Counted from the first letter of the stretch, positions 1 through 14,300 are shown. The stretch is 64,000 nt of DNA from Callorhinchus milii (GCF_018977255.1 NW_024704742.1:57042001-57106000), one strand, 5' to 3'. The notes: generated by a model from the sequence alone, not told the origin. Translations and numbers: made by a program.

Positions 1-938
1 CACACAACTTTAGGACTCAGAGGCAAGAATGCAAACTGAGCTTTGGATGAGAAGATAAAATGAGGTTCCACCTGCCTGTTTTGGTAAAGATGCCAGAACA
101 TAATTCTAAAAGAGAAGGGAGTTTGTCTCAGTGTGGTTATCTTTCAAGACTGCTTGTGGCCATCATAATTTATGTTCTACAAATTCACAATGACTACATT
201 TGACAGCAGTTACCTGTGTAGCTCTCTGCAATGTTTTAACTGTCATGGGGGCTATATCAAATGCAATATTGTTATTATAGCTATTAAAATACAAACATGA
301 AAATGCATGGAGATAGAAAGACCACTCCTTCTACTTGCCATGTGAACACATAGCCTATTGTGCATTCCAACTTCCTGGTAGTTGTTTGGTATCAGTAACA
401 TTCCAAAACTGAGGCTTATTTCCCCCTGTCAGAATGCTTAGGCTAATTATATCACCTCAGCTACTTCTCTGCTGAGAACTCAGCATAGAGTCAGATCTGA
501 ACCTGCAAATTCCAATGTGTACTCCAATTGCTGCAACCTTATCTCAGCTTGCAACAATTGGGGTACAATTGGGCTCAGCTTGTCCAACTCAGAGTGGGGA
601 GGGAAGGAAGGGGGGAAACAAAGGACAAGAATGAATGAAGCTATTTTAATTTACAGGACCAGAAAAGGTCACTGTCGTCTTTCTGACCGGTTTTAAAAGT
701 AAACTTTATTTTTCTTAAATGGTCCTACACTTGTCGCTCTCTCATACTCCTCAGTTGAATTATTCACAAAACAGCAACCGCCGTCCTCTGAATTACAGAG
801 GTCTGGTCACTTGTCCTATGTCTCTCAGCAATGAACAAGAAAATGATTTTAAACGAGACAGGCAATAAATCACTTCAGTATTATATCATCAATATGTTCT
901 TTTGTCACCTAGCTCTATAACATCAGTAGAGTTTAGAG

Positions 939-1093
939 CAGTGGATGCCAACCTTTTTGGTCTAACAACAAAATGAATCAATAAATATTCAAACAAGAAA
1001 ACAATAGAAACAAAACGTTGATTTAAAACAGATTCATCTAGATTGGTGTGAATATTTGGCGGGCCATTTCCAACCATGGGTTGGCCACCTCTG
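939..1093. mobile_element. hAT (Charlie-like) MITE, 155 bp
   Basis: Imperfect TIRs CAGTGGATGCCAACC / GGTTGGCCACCTCTG. Perfect 8-bp TSD GTTTAGAG at 931-938 and 1094-1101. Confidence 0.85.
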
Positions 1094-2011
1094 GTTTAGA
1101 GATTCAGCTTAAACCACTTGTGGCACAACACCAGCTCCATTAGAGTCAATTTGAATTTCAAGAGCAACATACAGCCAGTTCGTGAGAGACAAGTTGCTGC
1201 ATCGCTACATTCCTGAAGAGATTTGCAGAAGCACTCTTCACTGTCTGCTCTGCTTTAGTTCTCGTTGCATTTGCATGCATTCTGTGTCTAGCTGCTTAGT
1301 GCTGTTGGCATTTGATGCCCTTTTAGTTTAATTGATGATACAAGCAACTATCACCATCAGCTCCCTGGTTTCATTATGATCCCTGGGTAGCCAGCAAAAC
1401 CTGAATGGAACTGTTATCGTTCCTCAACCAAGAGAGGGGGCATTGGAAATCAGCTCACTAATAAAATCATGTCACACACATATTTTCTTTCCAGCACCAA
1501 CCTTCAAATATTGCTTGATGGTGAAGATTAAATTCTGCTTAACATTCACATAGATTATTATTACAGTATACATCTTAAAAAACTTATGAAATTGCATTTT
1601 CAAGCAACTTAATCATGAATAATTACTGTCAAACATAATAACTTGTTTTGTTGGAGGCGAATGCGGCAGCCATTTGCACACAGCAGGGTCTCACACAGTC
1701 ATGAGGAGAATGACCAATTAATCTGGAGGATTGTTGGCAAGGACACCAGAAGAAACTCGCTTCTCTTTTCAAATATTGCGACGGGATCTTTAATGCCTAC
1801 CTGAACAGGCAGACGGGACATTTCATTTTAACATTTCATCCGAAGGACAGCACCTCGGACAATCCAGCACACCCTCAGCACTGTACTGGAGTGTTAACCT
1901 AGACAATGAACTCAAAGCCCCGCCATGGGGTAAGAGCAGAAAGAAACAATTATACATTTACCTTATACGCTGCACAATTATTTAGAGATGGATACAGTTC
2001 CAGACATAGTT

Positions 2012-3044
2012 GTGTCATCCGCAAACATGGGGTTAACTTCCACATGTATGCGGATGACACCCAACTCTACCTTTCCTCCTCTACCCTCAACTCCATGACC
2101 ACCGATGTCCTGACAGCTGCCTGTCCGACATCGAGTCCTGGACGAGAGACAACTTTCTTCAGCTCAACGTGCGTAAAACTGAGGCCCTCCTGATTGGCTC
2201 AGCGTCCTCCGCAGCTCAGGCGCTGACAGCATCAGCATCCAAGGCTGCACTCTCCACCTCTCAAAGCCGTCAGGAACCTCGGTGTTCTGTTCGACCCTGA
2301 GCTGTCCTTTCTCCCTCATATCCACTCCACAACTGGCACCGCCTTCCATCACCTCCGAAATATCGGCAGACTACGGCACTACCTCACCCCTCACGCTGCT
2401 GAAACCCTGGTTCACGCCTTTATCACCTCAAGGCTGAACTATGGGAACTCTCTCCTCGCCGGCCTTCCCGGCACCTCCCTCCACAAGCTGCAGGTCATTC
2501 AGAACTCTGCAGCTCGTGTACTGTCCCGCACCAGGCTTCGGGACCACATCACTCCCACCCTCGCTCGCCTCCACTGGCTTCCCATCCCCCAGAGGATCGA
2601 ATTCAAGATCCTCATCCTCACCTACAAGGCCATTCACGGCCTTGCTCCCTCCTACCTCTCCGACCTACTATCCCCCAACCTACCTGCCCGTACCCTCCGT
2701 TCCTCTGGCTCCGGTCTGCTCCATATCCCCCGCCCCAACCGCCCTACCATCGGTGGCCGGCCTTCAGCCTCTCAGCCCCGAGGCTCTGGAACTCTATCCC
2801 CCAGTGCCTTCGCCGCCTCCTCCCTTTCCTCCTTCAAGGCCGGTCTCAAGACCTTTCTCTTTGACCGTGCCTTCAGCTCCCCTCTCAACTCTCTATCCCC
2901 TCCTCGCTCCCTCCCTTCCCTCCCCTCACCCTGACCATTTCCCCCCCAATGCTCGGGTCCTGACCCAACTGTACAGCGCCTTGGGACGTCCTCCCGACGT
3001 GAAAGGCGCTCTATTAATGGAATCTTGTTGTTGTTGTTGTTGTT
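2012..3044 (+). mobile_element. L2-clade LINE, 5'-truncated
   Basis: RT motif FHMYADDTQLY, L2-type C-terminus, 3' stem-loop, (TTG)n tail. Probable TSD ATAGTT at 2006-2011 and 3045-3050. Confidence 0.92.
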
Positions 3045-3236
3045 ATAGTTCTCTTGTGGACTACAGGATTCTTTCCAGTTCACAACTAGGTATTGCTGAC
3101 ATTAGTAATAAAGTAATAAAATAACACTCTTTTCATTGAGTGTATGGTACTGTATTTAATCTACCCATAGTTTGCACAACACACATAATGGCTGCCTGAA
3201 TACCTAAACCAAACGGTTGGGCAGACATTACAATAA

Positions 3237-4046
3237 ATGCAAATCGTCACAGTACAAGACCAGGTGACAGCCGCGTGAGAGAAGCATGATGAATACACAT
3301 TGTGTGAGGGAATTGTGCTGAGTTTAAATTTAAATAGCCTAAATTTCACCACATTCTGTATGTAAAAGAATATGTCCCTACAAGTTAATCTTGCAAACTA
3401 CCTGCAATACAAGGATACTTATGGAACACCACAATCTACTTCATCTTGATGAGTCACATTTTCCAGATGACACCAAATGATCCCAGCAGTACAAAAAATA
3501 TGGAGTTCTACAGTACATCTGATCATTTCAGTACATTTGGTCTACACAGATCCTTATAACCTTGCATACCCTGACTCATCCAGCTGTGCTTTTTAAAAGA
3601 GATAATTGACAACAGTAGCTGCTTTTGCTGAGGTGCAAATTCCATACCTCCAGCGCTCTGTGAAGAGGAAAAACACACTCCAATCTCTAGCCACACTGAG
3701 ACTCAGTCATTTTGTATTCACGTGTTCTAATTCAGCGATCACAGTTCAACTTAATAACTTACATTTGCATGATCTATGGCTTTCAGTATTTGAAATACTC
3801 TTGGCGAGATCCTCATTTCTTCAATGAAGAGCAAATACAATTCCAGAGATGCAAATCATTACAGTACAAGACCAGGTGACAGGCGTGTGAGAGAAACATG
3901 ATGAATACACCTTGTGTGAGGGGATTGTGCTGAGTTTAAATTTAAATAGCCTAAATTTCACCAACATTCTACATGTGAAAGAATATGAAATATGACCCTA
4001 CAAGTTAATCTTGTAAACTACCTGCATTACAAGGATACTTATGGAA
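3237..4046 (+). repeat. Local direct duplication of about 190 bp (3237-3426 and 3849-4046)
   Basis: The copies align by eye, with a few substitutions and small indels. Confidence 0.93.
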
Positions 4047-4352
4047 GTTGTTGCCTTCCCCACCCCCATTTTGTTCTGCAGCATTAACACCTCTATTCAC
4101 CTGCTTTGTTTCCCCACCCTTTGTTTTCCATCATTAACACTTCTTTAACCCATCATCCCCTGTCTCTACCTCATTTTCTCCTTTGTCTTCCTTGCCCTGC
4201 CTCACCCCTTCTGTTATCCTTTAAAAGCCTCTCCCTCCCAACATGCCCCGGTTCTGACGAAGGGTTGTGGACCCGAAACGTTGATTCACTTTCCTTTCTC
4301 CATAGATGCTGCCTGACCTCCTGAGTGTACCCAGCAACTTCTGTTTTTGTTT
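4047..4352 (+). mobile_element. Penelope-type element terminal remnant containing a hammerhead-like motif
   Basis: Pyrimidine-rich stretch, then CTGACGAAGGGT...ACCCGAAACGTT...AGATGCTGCCTGACCTCCTGAGT...CCAGCA, a pattern I recognise from fish/shark Penelope-like termini. Confidence 0.7.
4254..4282 (+). ncRNA. Minimal hammerhead ribozyme-like motif (possibly degenerate)
   Basis: CUGACGA core, GGGU/ACCC stem II, GAAA, palindromic ACGU, GUU cleavage triplet. Helix I is weak. Confidence 0.55.
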
Positions 4353-4628
4353 AATTCCAGAGTCACCTTCTTGTCCTAGAAATGTATTTAGCATCACTAT
4401 GGGGAAGTAAAATGTGAGGTATTCTTCACAAATCCAGGGATATCATTTTGAAGTTCTCGAGACACTACCCGTGTGAAGGGAGTTATATAAAGGCAAGTTA
4501 TCCTTATTTGAAAGTTGGATCCCTAACCTGCACATAGCTCCACGAGAGGACTCGCAGAGATCAAAGATGCAGCCGTAATGAATACGGTCCTATGCAAACT
4601 GCAGAAACTCAAAGCACATGACAAAACA

Positions 4629-4811
4629 TGTGGAGTCTTGTAGCTCAGTGGTTAGAGCACTCACTTTGCAAGCAAGAGACCTGGGTTCAATTCCAGGCAG
4701 GACGAAACCTTGGGCAAGTTTCCTTACTCCACACGCCTAATAATAATCCCTCCAAGACCAAAAACAATAATAAATTGGTCATTTTCAATCTACGACTGTT
4801 TGTGGGACATA
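4629..4811 (+). mobile_element. tRNA-Ala SINE, 3'-truncated, fused to CR1
   Basis: Same head and body as the 30511 copy. Confidence 0.88.
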
Positions 4812-6220
4812 GCTGAGGCCCAAGCACTGATCCTTGTGGCACTCCACTAGTCACATCCTGCCAATTCGAGAATGACCCGTTTAGCCACTCTTCAATCCAT
4901 GTTAATATGTCCCATTAATCCCGTGGGCCTTAACCTTGTGCAATAGTCTTTTGTGTGGTACTTTGTCAAATGCCTTTTTAAAATCTAAATATACTACATC
5001 TACTGGTTCCCCCCTGTCTAACCTGCTAGATACATCTTCAAAAAACTCTAAAAGATTAGTTAAGCTTGACTTCCCTTCTGTAAAGCCATGTTGACTCTGC
5101 CTAATCTTGTTATGGTCTTCCAGGAATCCCATAACGACATCTTTAATTAAGGACTCAAGAATTTTCTCTACCACTGAAGTCAGACTAACTGGCCTATAGT
5201 TCCCCATCTTTTCTCTCCCACCCTTCTTAAATAGTGGTGTCACGTTTGCAATCTTCCAATCAATGGGAACCGTTCCGGAATCCAGAGAATTTTGGAAGAT
5301 CAAAGACAAGCCATCCACTATCTCAGTAGCCACCTCTTTTAAAACCCTAGGATGTAGGCCATCAGGTCCAGGAGATTTATCAGTTTTAAGACCTGATAAT
5401 TTACCTAAAACCATTTCTTTACTAATATTAATTCCTCCAAATTGCTCGCTAACATTTTCTTCTTGGTTCCCCTCTATTCTTGGTAGGTTTTCAGTGTCTT
5501 CTAAGGTGAAGACAGTAGCAAAGTACTTGTTTAATGACTCTGCCATGTCTTTGTCCCCTACTATAATTCCCCCCGTCTCTGCCTGTAGCGGACCCACATT
5601 TACCTTTGACAGCCTCTTCCTCTTTATATATTTATAAAAACTCTTGCAGTCTGTCTTTATGTTCTCGCTAGTTTGCCCTCATATTCCATTTTCTCCTCTT
5701 AATCACTTTTTTGGTTCTCCTTTGTTGATCCCTAAAGTTCTCCCAATCCTCGGGTTTACTACTCATCTTAGCTGTTTTATAGGCTTCTTCCTTTAACTTT
5801 ATACTTTCCCTAACTGCTCTAGTTAGCCACGGTTGGGCCACCTTTCCCGTGGCATTCTTATTCCTCAAAGGAATACGTGCTCGCTGGGAATTTTGCACTA
5901 TCTCCTTAAACGTCTGCCATTGCTGGTCTACTGTCAATTCCTTAAGTCTAATTTCCCAGTATATTTTGGCTAAATCCTCTCTCATACCAGCAAAATTGGC
6001 TCTACTTGAATTTAAAACGTTTGCTTCGGACTTAACTATTTCTCTCTCTAACTTAATGCTAAATTCCATCGTATTTACTTTGCCCTAGAGGAGCCTTAAT
6101 TTCCAGTTTGCTGATCAGCCCTGCTTCATTACGCAAAACAAGTGTCTAATATGGCCTGTTCCCTGGTTAGCTCCTCGGCATACTGATCTAGATAATTATC
6201 CCTGATACATTCTATAAACT
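4812..6220 (-). mobile_element. CR1-clade LINE ORF2 fragment (end of endonuclease to mid-RT), frameshifted
   Basis: KSPGPDGLHPRVLKE, NYRPVSLTS, YLDFKKAFDKVPH and VTSGVPQGSVLGP. Confidence 0.93.
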
Positions 6221-7168
6221 CTTGTAACAGTTTTCCTGTAATGAGATTAATAAAAAAATCCTTGTATTTTTGTAACAAGATTGATGAGTGAAAACAAATA
6301 GCAAGTCAAATGTTCCCTGTATTTTATGTTGTCAACAAATTTGTTGGTGCCAGAGATTCATCCTTTCAGTTTGGATCAGTTAGAGCCACATCTGGATCAG
6401 AAAAATGTGGGTTCAAACCCCAGACCAGGACTTGATCTCATAATCTAGGCAGTGCATTACTTGAAGCAATGCTTCAAAGATGACTTGTGTAATGATTAAC
6501 AAAGTAACATTAAAGGCATTACTTTAAAGAGCAGTAAATAATTTTCTTAGGTCCTGGCCAATATTCCTCACTCATCCAAATCCACCCAAATAAACCAAAT
6601 GATCATTAATTTCAAATAGCCATCAGTCTACAAAACTACACTTCAATGTTCTCATTCTGTGGAGTCCTTTTGATAAAATACAATATAAATGCAATTATAT
6701 ATATTTGTTTGCTTCATGCACATATTTCATATTCCAGGAGTTAAATACCCAGAGCTGAATTAGCAAAACTCATTCAATGCTATAAATGTAATAAATTCAC
6801 TCACACGAGTGTATGAAGGGCGCAACATTAACCAAAGTTGTTGTTGTTATTGTAATTATAAAAAGATAGATTTTGCATACAGAAAAGCTAGTTCTAAAAT
6901 AATTTGCCTCAGAGAATATTATGTTAAGGAAGAGAGTTTTGTGATAATCTGTTTAATTATCAACTAAATTCAACTAACCCTCATTACACAAATTTGGTTA
7001 TTGAACTGTAGGATTTACACTGAAATCTACTTTCAAACCAGCCTAACATTGCAGTACAATCACAATAACAATTGTTTCACTCACAATGCAGTCAATCCAC
7101 TTTACAATACTGCATATTCTGTGAAGCGCTTTGGGACGTCTCAATGAGATGATAAGACGCTTTCAAAT

Positions 7169-7474
7169 TAATAATAATCATTGCATTTGATATAGCGCTT
7201 TTCACATCTTCTAGACGTCTCAAAGTGCTTCACATAATATACTGTAAAGTGAATTGACTGTATATTGTGGGCGCAACGCGGCAGCCAATTGCGCACAGCA
7301 GTGTCCCACAAACAGTCGTAGATTGAAGTGACCAATTTATTATTTTTTTCTTGAGGGACTATTATCAGGCATGTGGAGTAAGGAAACTTGCCCAAGATTT
7401 CACCCTGCCGGGAATCAAACCCAGGTCTCTAGCTTGCGAGGTGAGTGCTTTAACCACTGAGCTACAGGACTCCA
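7169..7474 (-). mobile_element. tRNA-Ala SINE, short variant
   Basis: Reverse complement of the family; sits within the tail of an older plus-strand SINE. Confidence 0.9.
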
Positions 7475-7994
7475 AGGATTCAAGGATTATTAGTATTATT
7501 ATTCATTTCTACAGTTTAAAAGCTAACTGCTTTAGCTGATGCTCACAGAATGTACAGAATTTAACTGAAAAATGGAATATAAAATCCTTCCCATTCACAT
7601 GAGTAATAATCACACAATTAGTGCTTTCCACCCGTTTTGAGTAAATAACAATACTTTCTAAACAGTTATTTATGGACATTTAAATTTTGGTCACATTAAC
7701 ACAACCGCACTTTTTTAATACTAAAACCACATCATCTAACAAAAACTGTTTTCGAACAGCTCAATCCCTGATCACATGAAAAGTGAACCACAGAATGAAA
7801 GAAGCAATTCAGCTATTCAAGATCTTTACAAAACCACACAAGACCTACCAAGGCTTTCTCGTCATACACTCCCATGGGGAAATATTCTAAATAGAAACTT
7901 CTTTGACTTCAAAAGTAGAAAAGCAAAAGCTTCAGAATATTTTTCTAGTCCACATTTCCACTATTATCAATCCATGTTGAGTACTCCTTAGAAA

Positions 7995-8370
7995 GTATAG
8001 AAACATAGAAATTTTACAGCACAGAAGGCAGCCAATCAGCCCATCATCTGAGCTGGCTCTTTAAAGAGCAATCCTTTCAGTCCCAATTACCTGGCCTTTC
8101 CCCATTCCCATTGTAGTTTATTCCATTTTAGATATTTATCTACTGTAGTTCCCTTTTGAAAGCTAATATGTCTTCTGCCTCAATCATGGCTCCCGGCAAG
8201 ACATTCTACATCCTAACTACTCTCTGAGTAAAAAAATTCTCCTAACCGCCCCATTTGCTCATTTGTTAACTATCTTAAATTGATGCCCTCCATTGATTCA
8301 CTGACTATTGGGAATAATTTCTTCTTATTGACTATAAAAAACCCACATAAATGTAAAGACCTTACACCTC
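7995..8370 (-). mobile_element. CR1 3'-end remnant (similar ones near 17205-17550, 22795-23120, 24450-24570, 40950-41390, 44515-44700, 62215-62720, 63600-63960)
   Basis: TAGAAACATAGAA terminal repeat followed by ACAGCACAGAAGG...CAGCCCATC, typical of CR1 3' UTRs. Confidence 0.65.
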
Positions 8371-11300
8371 ATTCTTTGTTCATTATAGCAAATGTGCTCT
8401 TTGGATGAGCACCAAATCTTCCTCCAAACCAGTTGTGGTTTCAATAATAGCTGAGGCTTCAGTTTCTGAAGAATGCATTAGCCATCTACTTTCATTATAC
8501 ACATGAAGCGAGTGATGGGTCCAAGATCAGATACAAATGATTATTTGGTACATAACTTGCACTGTTCATTTTTAAAAGTCTACACAGCATGAAATCAAAT
8601 GCATTACTATTGTGTGGCTCCATTTTCCGGTTTCTATTAGCAGCCACCAATTGATACAGCTCAACTAATCTGTGTATTTTTTTTAATATCATCACACTTT
8701 TTTTAATGCCTACCTGAATATTTGAAGGATAGTATCTTCAACCATCGGTGGACTCCCCAAACTACACCTGCAAAACAGCGCAGATTGGGAGCTCAAAGCC
8801 CCTGATGCAGAAATTAAACCCACAATCTTTTGATACAGAGACGACAGCACTACCAACTAAGCCAAGAGGACTCGGATGCAGAAAGCAATGTTTCAAGCAA
8901 TTGATTTTAAAGTGGCAGGAGAGCTTGCCAGCAAAAAGGACAAAGGAAATACAACATTTAAAAGGCATCTGATCAGAATTGTACTGCTTTAAAAATGATT
9001 AAATTGACTGAGTTATAATCTAAGACTAAATTAGGAAACCTTATACTTCTACTATTATCACAAAAAAGACCAAGAAAAAAAAACAAGATGTCAAATTTAA
9101 AAAAATGAAGTTCCTTTCACTCTGCGACAAATCCATTGCCATCTTATGTTTAAAAAGATCCAGTAACAGCATTAGCATAAATATTTGAGTAATAGTTTTA
9201 ATTGTATTCCTGTGCCCTTCCTGTCCCTCATGCAAATCATACAACACTTCCAGGTTAAGAGTGCTGCAGATGACTTGTGTTCTGTCAACACAATTGGCCA
9301 AAAGAAAATTTCAACCCACCTTGTCAATCAGAGCAAGCTGATGGAAGGCAGATAATTAGTATGGACAAATCAGGAGTATTATGACCCATTTATCAAGGAA
9401 ATATTTTTAAATCCTAGTCATTTTGAACAAAGAAATTTAATTTTACTTTTAATTTACATTTACAAACGTTTTACTTGTAATTTAAATTCAATAAAATTAG
9501 CGATGAAAATTTACTGAATAAAAGATGCAAACTCTTGAGCTAAATGATCTGTTTCGTAAAAGTTGTAAAAATGACAAACATTAAAGAAAACTTCATTAAC
9601 CATCTAAAGTAAAGACAAGTCTTCAAAGGGAAGTGCTTTATTTAACATAAACATAGTTTGTATTGCAACGTACAAAACAAAAATCTCCACCTGTAGAGTG
9701 CACTTAACGTGTCATTTTGATACAGTTCTCAAAGTCCACATCAAGACTTTGTATTCATCTGTGTTGACGCTCTCAAGTGCAGTGCTGGGGGATTGCTGCA
9801 CTTTCAAAGGTGCTGTTCTTCCATTGATCCAGTCTGCATTTTTAGATGTTCAAGAACCCATGGTGTTAAAGAAAAGAGAAGGCAGTTTCTCCCAGTGTCC
9901 TGGCCAACAACCCGCCAGATAAATTGATCAACAATTTTACGGTGTTTTGTGAAACACTGTTGTGTATGCTGTGTGTGACTGCTGTGCTCTCCTACAAATA
10001 CAATTACTACACTTCAAAGAAACTTTGTGAATCGTCTTTGAGACATTCAACGTTACAGCCGCTATGTCAAATGCAAGGATCAATGTCTCAAACAAAGGGA
10101 TTGTCGTTATTTTCAACTATCATCTCTGACACATCTGAAACAATAAATTACACCCAAAGTAATGATGTGCTTTGCTTGTCAACCAAACTCAATTTCTCTG
10201 ACTTTGAACAGCATTCACAAAGTTAATCAAAACATGAAATAGCTCTCAGATGGTAATCAAAGCTGACCACAGATGCAGAGTCTCTGGTTTTGCTCCACTG
10301 GTCATAAGTTTCCCACATCCATACAAGAAATACTGCAGGTCATATTTCACATAATTCCTGCAATCATTTCAAACACTCATAAATTCTGAGGATTCAGCCC
10401 AACTGGAAAGAATAGATCGCGTCATATGTTATGAAAGGGGCAGCTATAGAAGAAAGAGGGATGCATCAAATAAAATTGTGCAAATTATATTGCATTTCGG
10501 AATTTAAGCCCTATATTAAGTTCTTTGCAAAATGTTAATTTAAAATTCACACATCATGTTCCTCAAATGATTCAGTGAGTAATAGCACCATTTGGAAGCA
10601 GCCAAGTTTGTACTGTTGAATAACATCAACCAGGGCAGTGATAGAGCATAGAACTCGTCTTAGCAACTCTGAGGAAAGGGGAAGAAGACACACAACACAA
10701 AGAACCAAGCTTGCTGCTTCTGATCACCATTCCAGTGACCAGTTACTGGGAGTATGCAGCTATAGTCTATGGCCAGTAAAAGGCTCAGTAGCAACAACAC
10801 CTATAAGTAGCTCACTGTTACTCACTCAAATAAAAAAATTATTTATCAGGTTTATTAGAGGCCTTTGCAGATGGACCACAATGGAAATGAAAAGGAGAAA
10901 AAGGAATTTCATAGTTCAAGGATCTGGCTAACACATTGAAAACTTTCAATAAAATATACAATTACAATCCATCCCCCGTATATCATACACATTCTCTATT
11001 TAATGGAGATAACAGAAGTCCAACCTGTTTTCCTTGTTAAAAATTAAATCCAGGGATGGGCACGTAAATAGAGCAGAATAGCATTAGTGCAATTACTAGT
11101 GGTTGGAAAGGGCCGTCAGTCACAACAAAGGGATAAAAAGTTGACCGTTCAGTCTAGTTATAAACTGGTTGGATTTATTGAAAATTGCTGCAGAGCAAGT
11201 AGATCCTGAGACAGTGTGAACAGGTAATTGAGGCAGAGAATTTAAGAGAAAAATAAATCCACCACGAGCGTTTTTAATTAGGCTGGAATTGTGTCACATA

Positions 11301-14300
11301 CCTTACACTAACATTATGCAAGATGGATGTGGAGTTTCATTGATTGTAACTCAGAATGCAGATCGAAACACAGATCAATATTCTTCTGGTGGCATGTTTT
11401 CCAGATTCCACATGGCATTGATCTTGTTCATCAGCACTGTGCCTCTCAACATTTCCTACTAATGGATATTATACATTCCATTCTTCCTCCTCATATCGGA
11501 TTTTGAACTCCATGCACTCATATCCTAGCTGAGTACTATGTACATCAAGGCATTATGCTCTTGTTTTCAGCAACAACAAATTGTATTCTTCTTCAACCGT
11601 ACTTCGGTCATCCTCCTACCCCTATCTCCTCGCCCTCCACCCATCCTGATCTCAACCACCAACTCGGGTGCGGATCCCTTACTGTCCAGAGCCTTGGGAC
11701 GTGCTCCTGACGCGAGAGGCGCTTTACAAATCTAATTTGCTGTTGTATTTGAGCACTTAGTGAGTGGTAGGTTCCAGGTCTATGGACTCCACTCGACAAT
11801 GCCACAATAACACTTGGCAACTTGCAAAGTGGGGAACTTGCAGCTCTGTCCACTGCTCAGTTGTAGCACAGTGGAGCAGCATGTTCCCACCTGTGCAACC
11901 ATTCAACATTCCAATCTCAATATAGGGGAAGACAATGTATCATCCAAATACATCACTAAAACATCCCGTCGTCAATCATTCCAACCATAGCTTACAGATA
12001 CAAAAGATATGAAAAATACTTTGGACACAGCATTTATTTTTACGAACAGAGAAAAGCCATCAAGCTCAGCAAAATCCTTTTAGATTTGTAACCACTCTTC
12101 TCCACATGTTTCAATCACTTCTCTCACCAAAACAGCATCTAGTCTTGAACTTCCATCTTCGTTTCAGCAGCTTTCCCTGAAAAACTTATTTCACTAGGTA
12201 TTACCACTGAAATAAACAAGCTATGTCTGATGCTCTAAACAAATTGGGATTCAAATTGTTTTGTTCTACTGGTATAGAATGGACCTGGGCTGCAGGAACT
12301 GACTTTCTGATTCCAGTATTGACGAACAAAACAACACAAATACCCACCAGATATTTAAAAAAAAGGGTTTCTTTGGTTAATTCATTACTATATAACATCG
12401 GGGAAAGGACACAGGAATGGGTTCAGAGCAGTTACCTCCAGTGGGATAGCTAGCACCCTACAGAGATGATACAACACAAATTTACATAGCGCCTTTAGCA
12501 GCAGCAGGATATCCCAAGGCGCTGTTTCACATTGGGAAGATGTCCCAAGGTGCTGATGGACCTTGTGTCTGTGCTATACTTTTGCGCTATAAACTTTCTA
12601 TGATTGGGACATCAGATTCTATTCCTTTAACATTAACCCTTTTATTTAACTAAAGTTGTTTGAGTGCTGTTGCCTAGAGAGAAGCCTATTCCTATGGGTT
12701 ACCTGGGAAACAATATGCAGTTACAGTCTGCCTAGTCCATTGAATATTAAAAGAGTGCCATTGGAAGCACAACAAGAGCGCTAATCTGATTAATCTGGAT
12801 GTGATAGGGAGCCAGTGGAGCCGGGTGAGGGTGATAGGGTTACGGAACCTGGTGCGGGAGTGGACACAAGCTGCAGTGGTTCTGGATGATCTGCAGCTTG
12901 TGGAGGGAAGAGTTGGGAAGGGATGGTCAAACCTGTAACCAGTCTTTGCTGCCGATGTTTAATTATAGGCTGGCCATGTTGACTGCATTTATTTATGAGA
13001 TAATTCACACATTCACAGGACTCAATTTTCACTCTCACATTGAACCCTTCCCACTAGCCCATCTAAAACTTAAAATTATATTTTCATTACCTAAACATTC
13101 GCGGAAGAAAGAGATACAAAGGTAAGCATGCATGGTATAAAATTGAAGGTCAATAGACCCACATCTTTAGGCATTTAACCACCACTCTAAGCAACACCAC
13201 CAATTAACAGATATTTGATGGTGCAATCATGGTGAATCTATCAGTAATATTTGTTAATGTAAATCTGAACTATAAACTCACAAACAGAAACAGATCACAC
13301 CTAGCTAAGTTGCTGGAGTCTGTTTCAAATGCAGCCAAATTTTAAATATCCAATCTCACCATAAAGAAGCCATTATATCACCATTCCTCATTGAGAAACC
13401 ATGAGGACAAACATAACCAACAACCTATTGCGAAAGTCACTAATTTAAATCACACTCTTTCCCTGACAGCAGGTACCCTTCAGCATGGGTCATGCCCTGA
13501 AATCCATGCAGCCTATCCCTCACTGCAGACATGGGAGGCTGTTCTACTTTATTGCAAGCAATTACAAATAGAATGCAACATTCAGTGTTAAATTCCAACC
13601 CCAAGACAGCCAAGCATTGTATGTCCAAAAATGGGTTTTCTTTTGTCAAGCGACAGGTGATGTCGGTAAATGCTTGTTGGTAAATTTATTAACTTTTGGA
13701 GGTGGGCGCCTGTAAAGAGACATCCTAATCTACTGACAACACCCCCCTTTCCCCACAAGAGATTTCCTTAAAATGGCATTGCAAATTCTCAACATTTAAG
13801 ATGAAAGGAAAATACAAGGGTTGTAAAGAAGCAATTATCATCCCTTTTGGTTGAAGATCATTCAATGTAGATATTCAAAAAGGTCACTGCATCTTAGCAA
13901 TATTAAAATGGTTACCGTGACAATTTATGTGAGAATAGTCAGGATTGCAACTGTATTCATGCATCATGAAAGAAATGCTAAGTTTTATCAAAAATCTTCA
14001 TACTGTGAAGCAACATTGATTTTTTTGGACGGTTAAAATTTTTTCCAGCTCTACTGTAAACCATTTATCAAGTCATAATAATGATTGAAATGACTATTTT
14101 TTAAGTTGAAGCCTCACACCAACAGCGTATTTTAGTGAAAAGGTCAATCACACCTAAAGCCTTTGATACCTTTGCTAATGCAAGTCAATAATAAACTATT
14201 TTTGATCTAACATGTGGAACCTTGCTTTTATTTGCATTCAAATTCCCTGGCATTCATTACTCATCTGCTAAATTGCTCCAAATCATTTTAAATGTTATCA

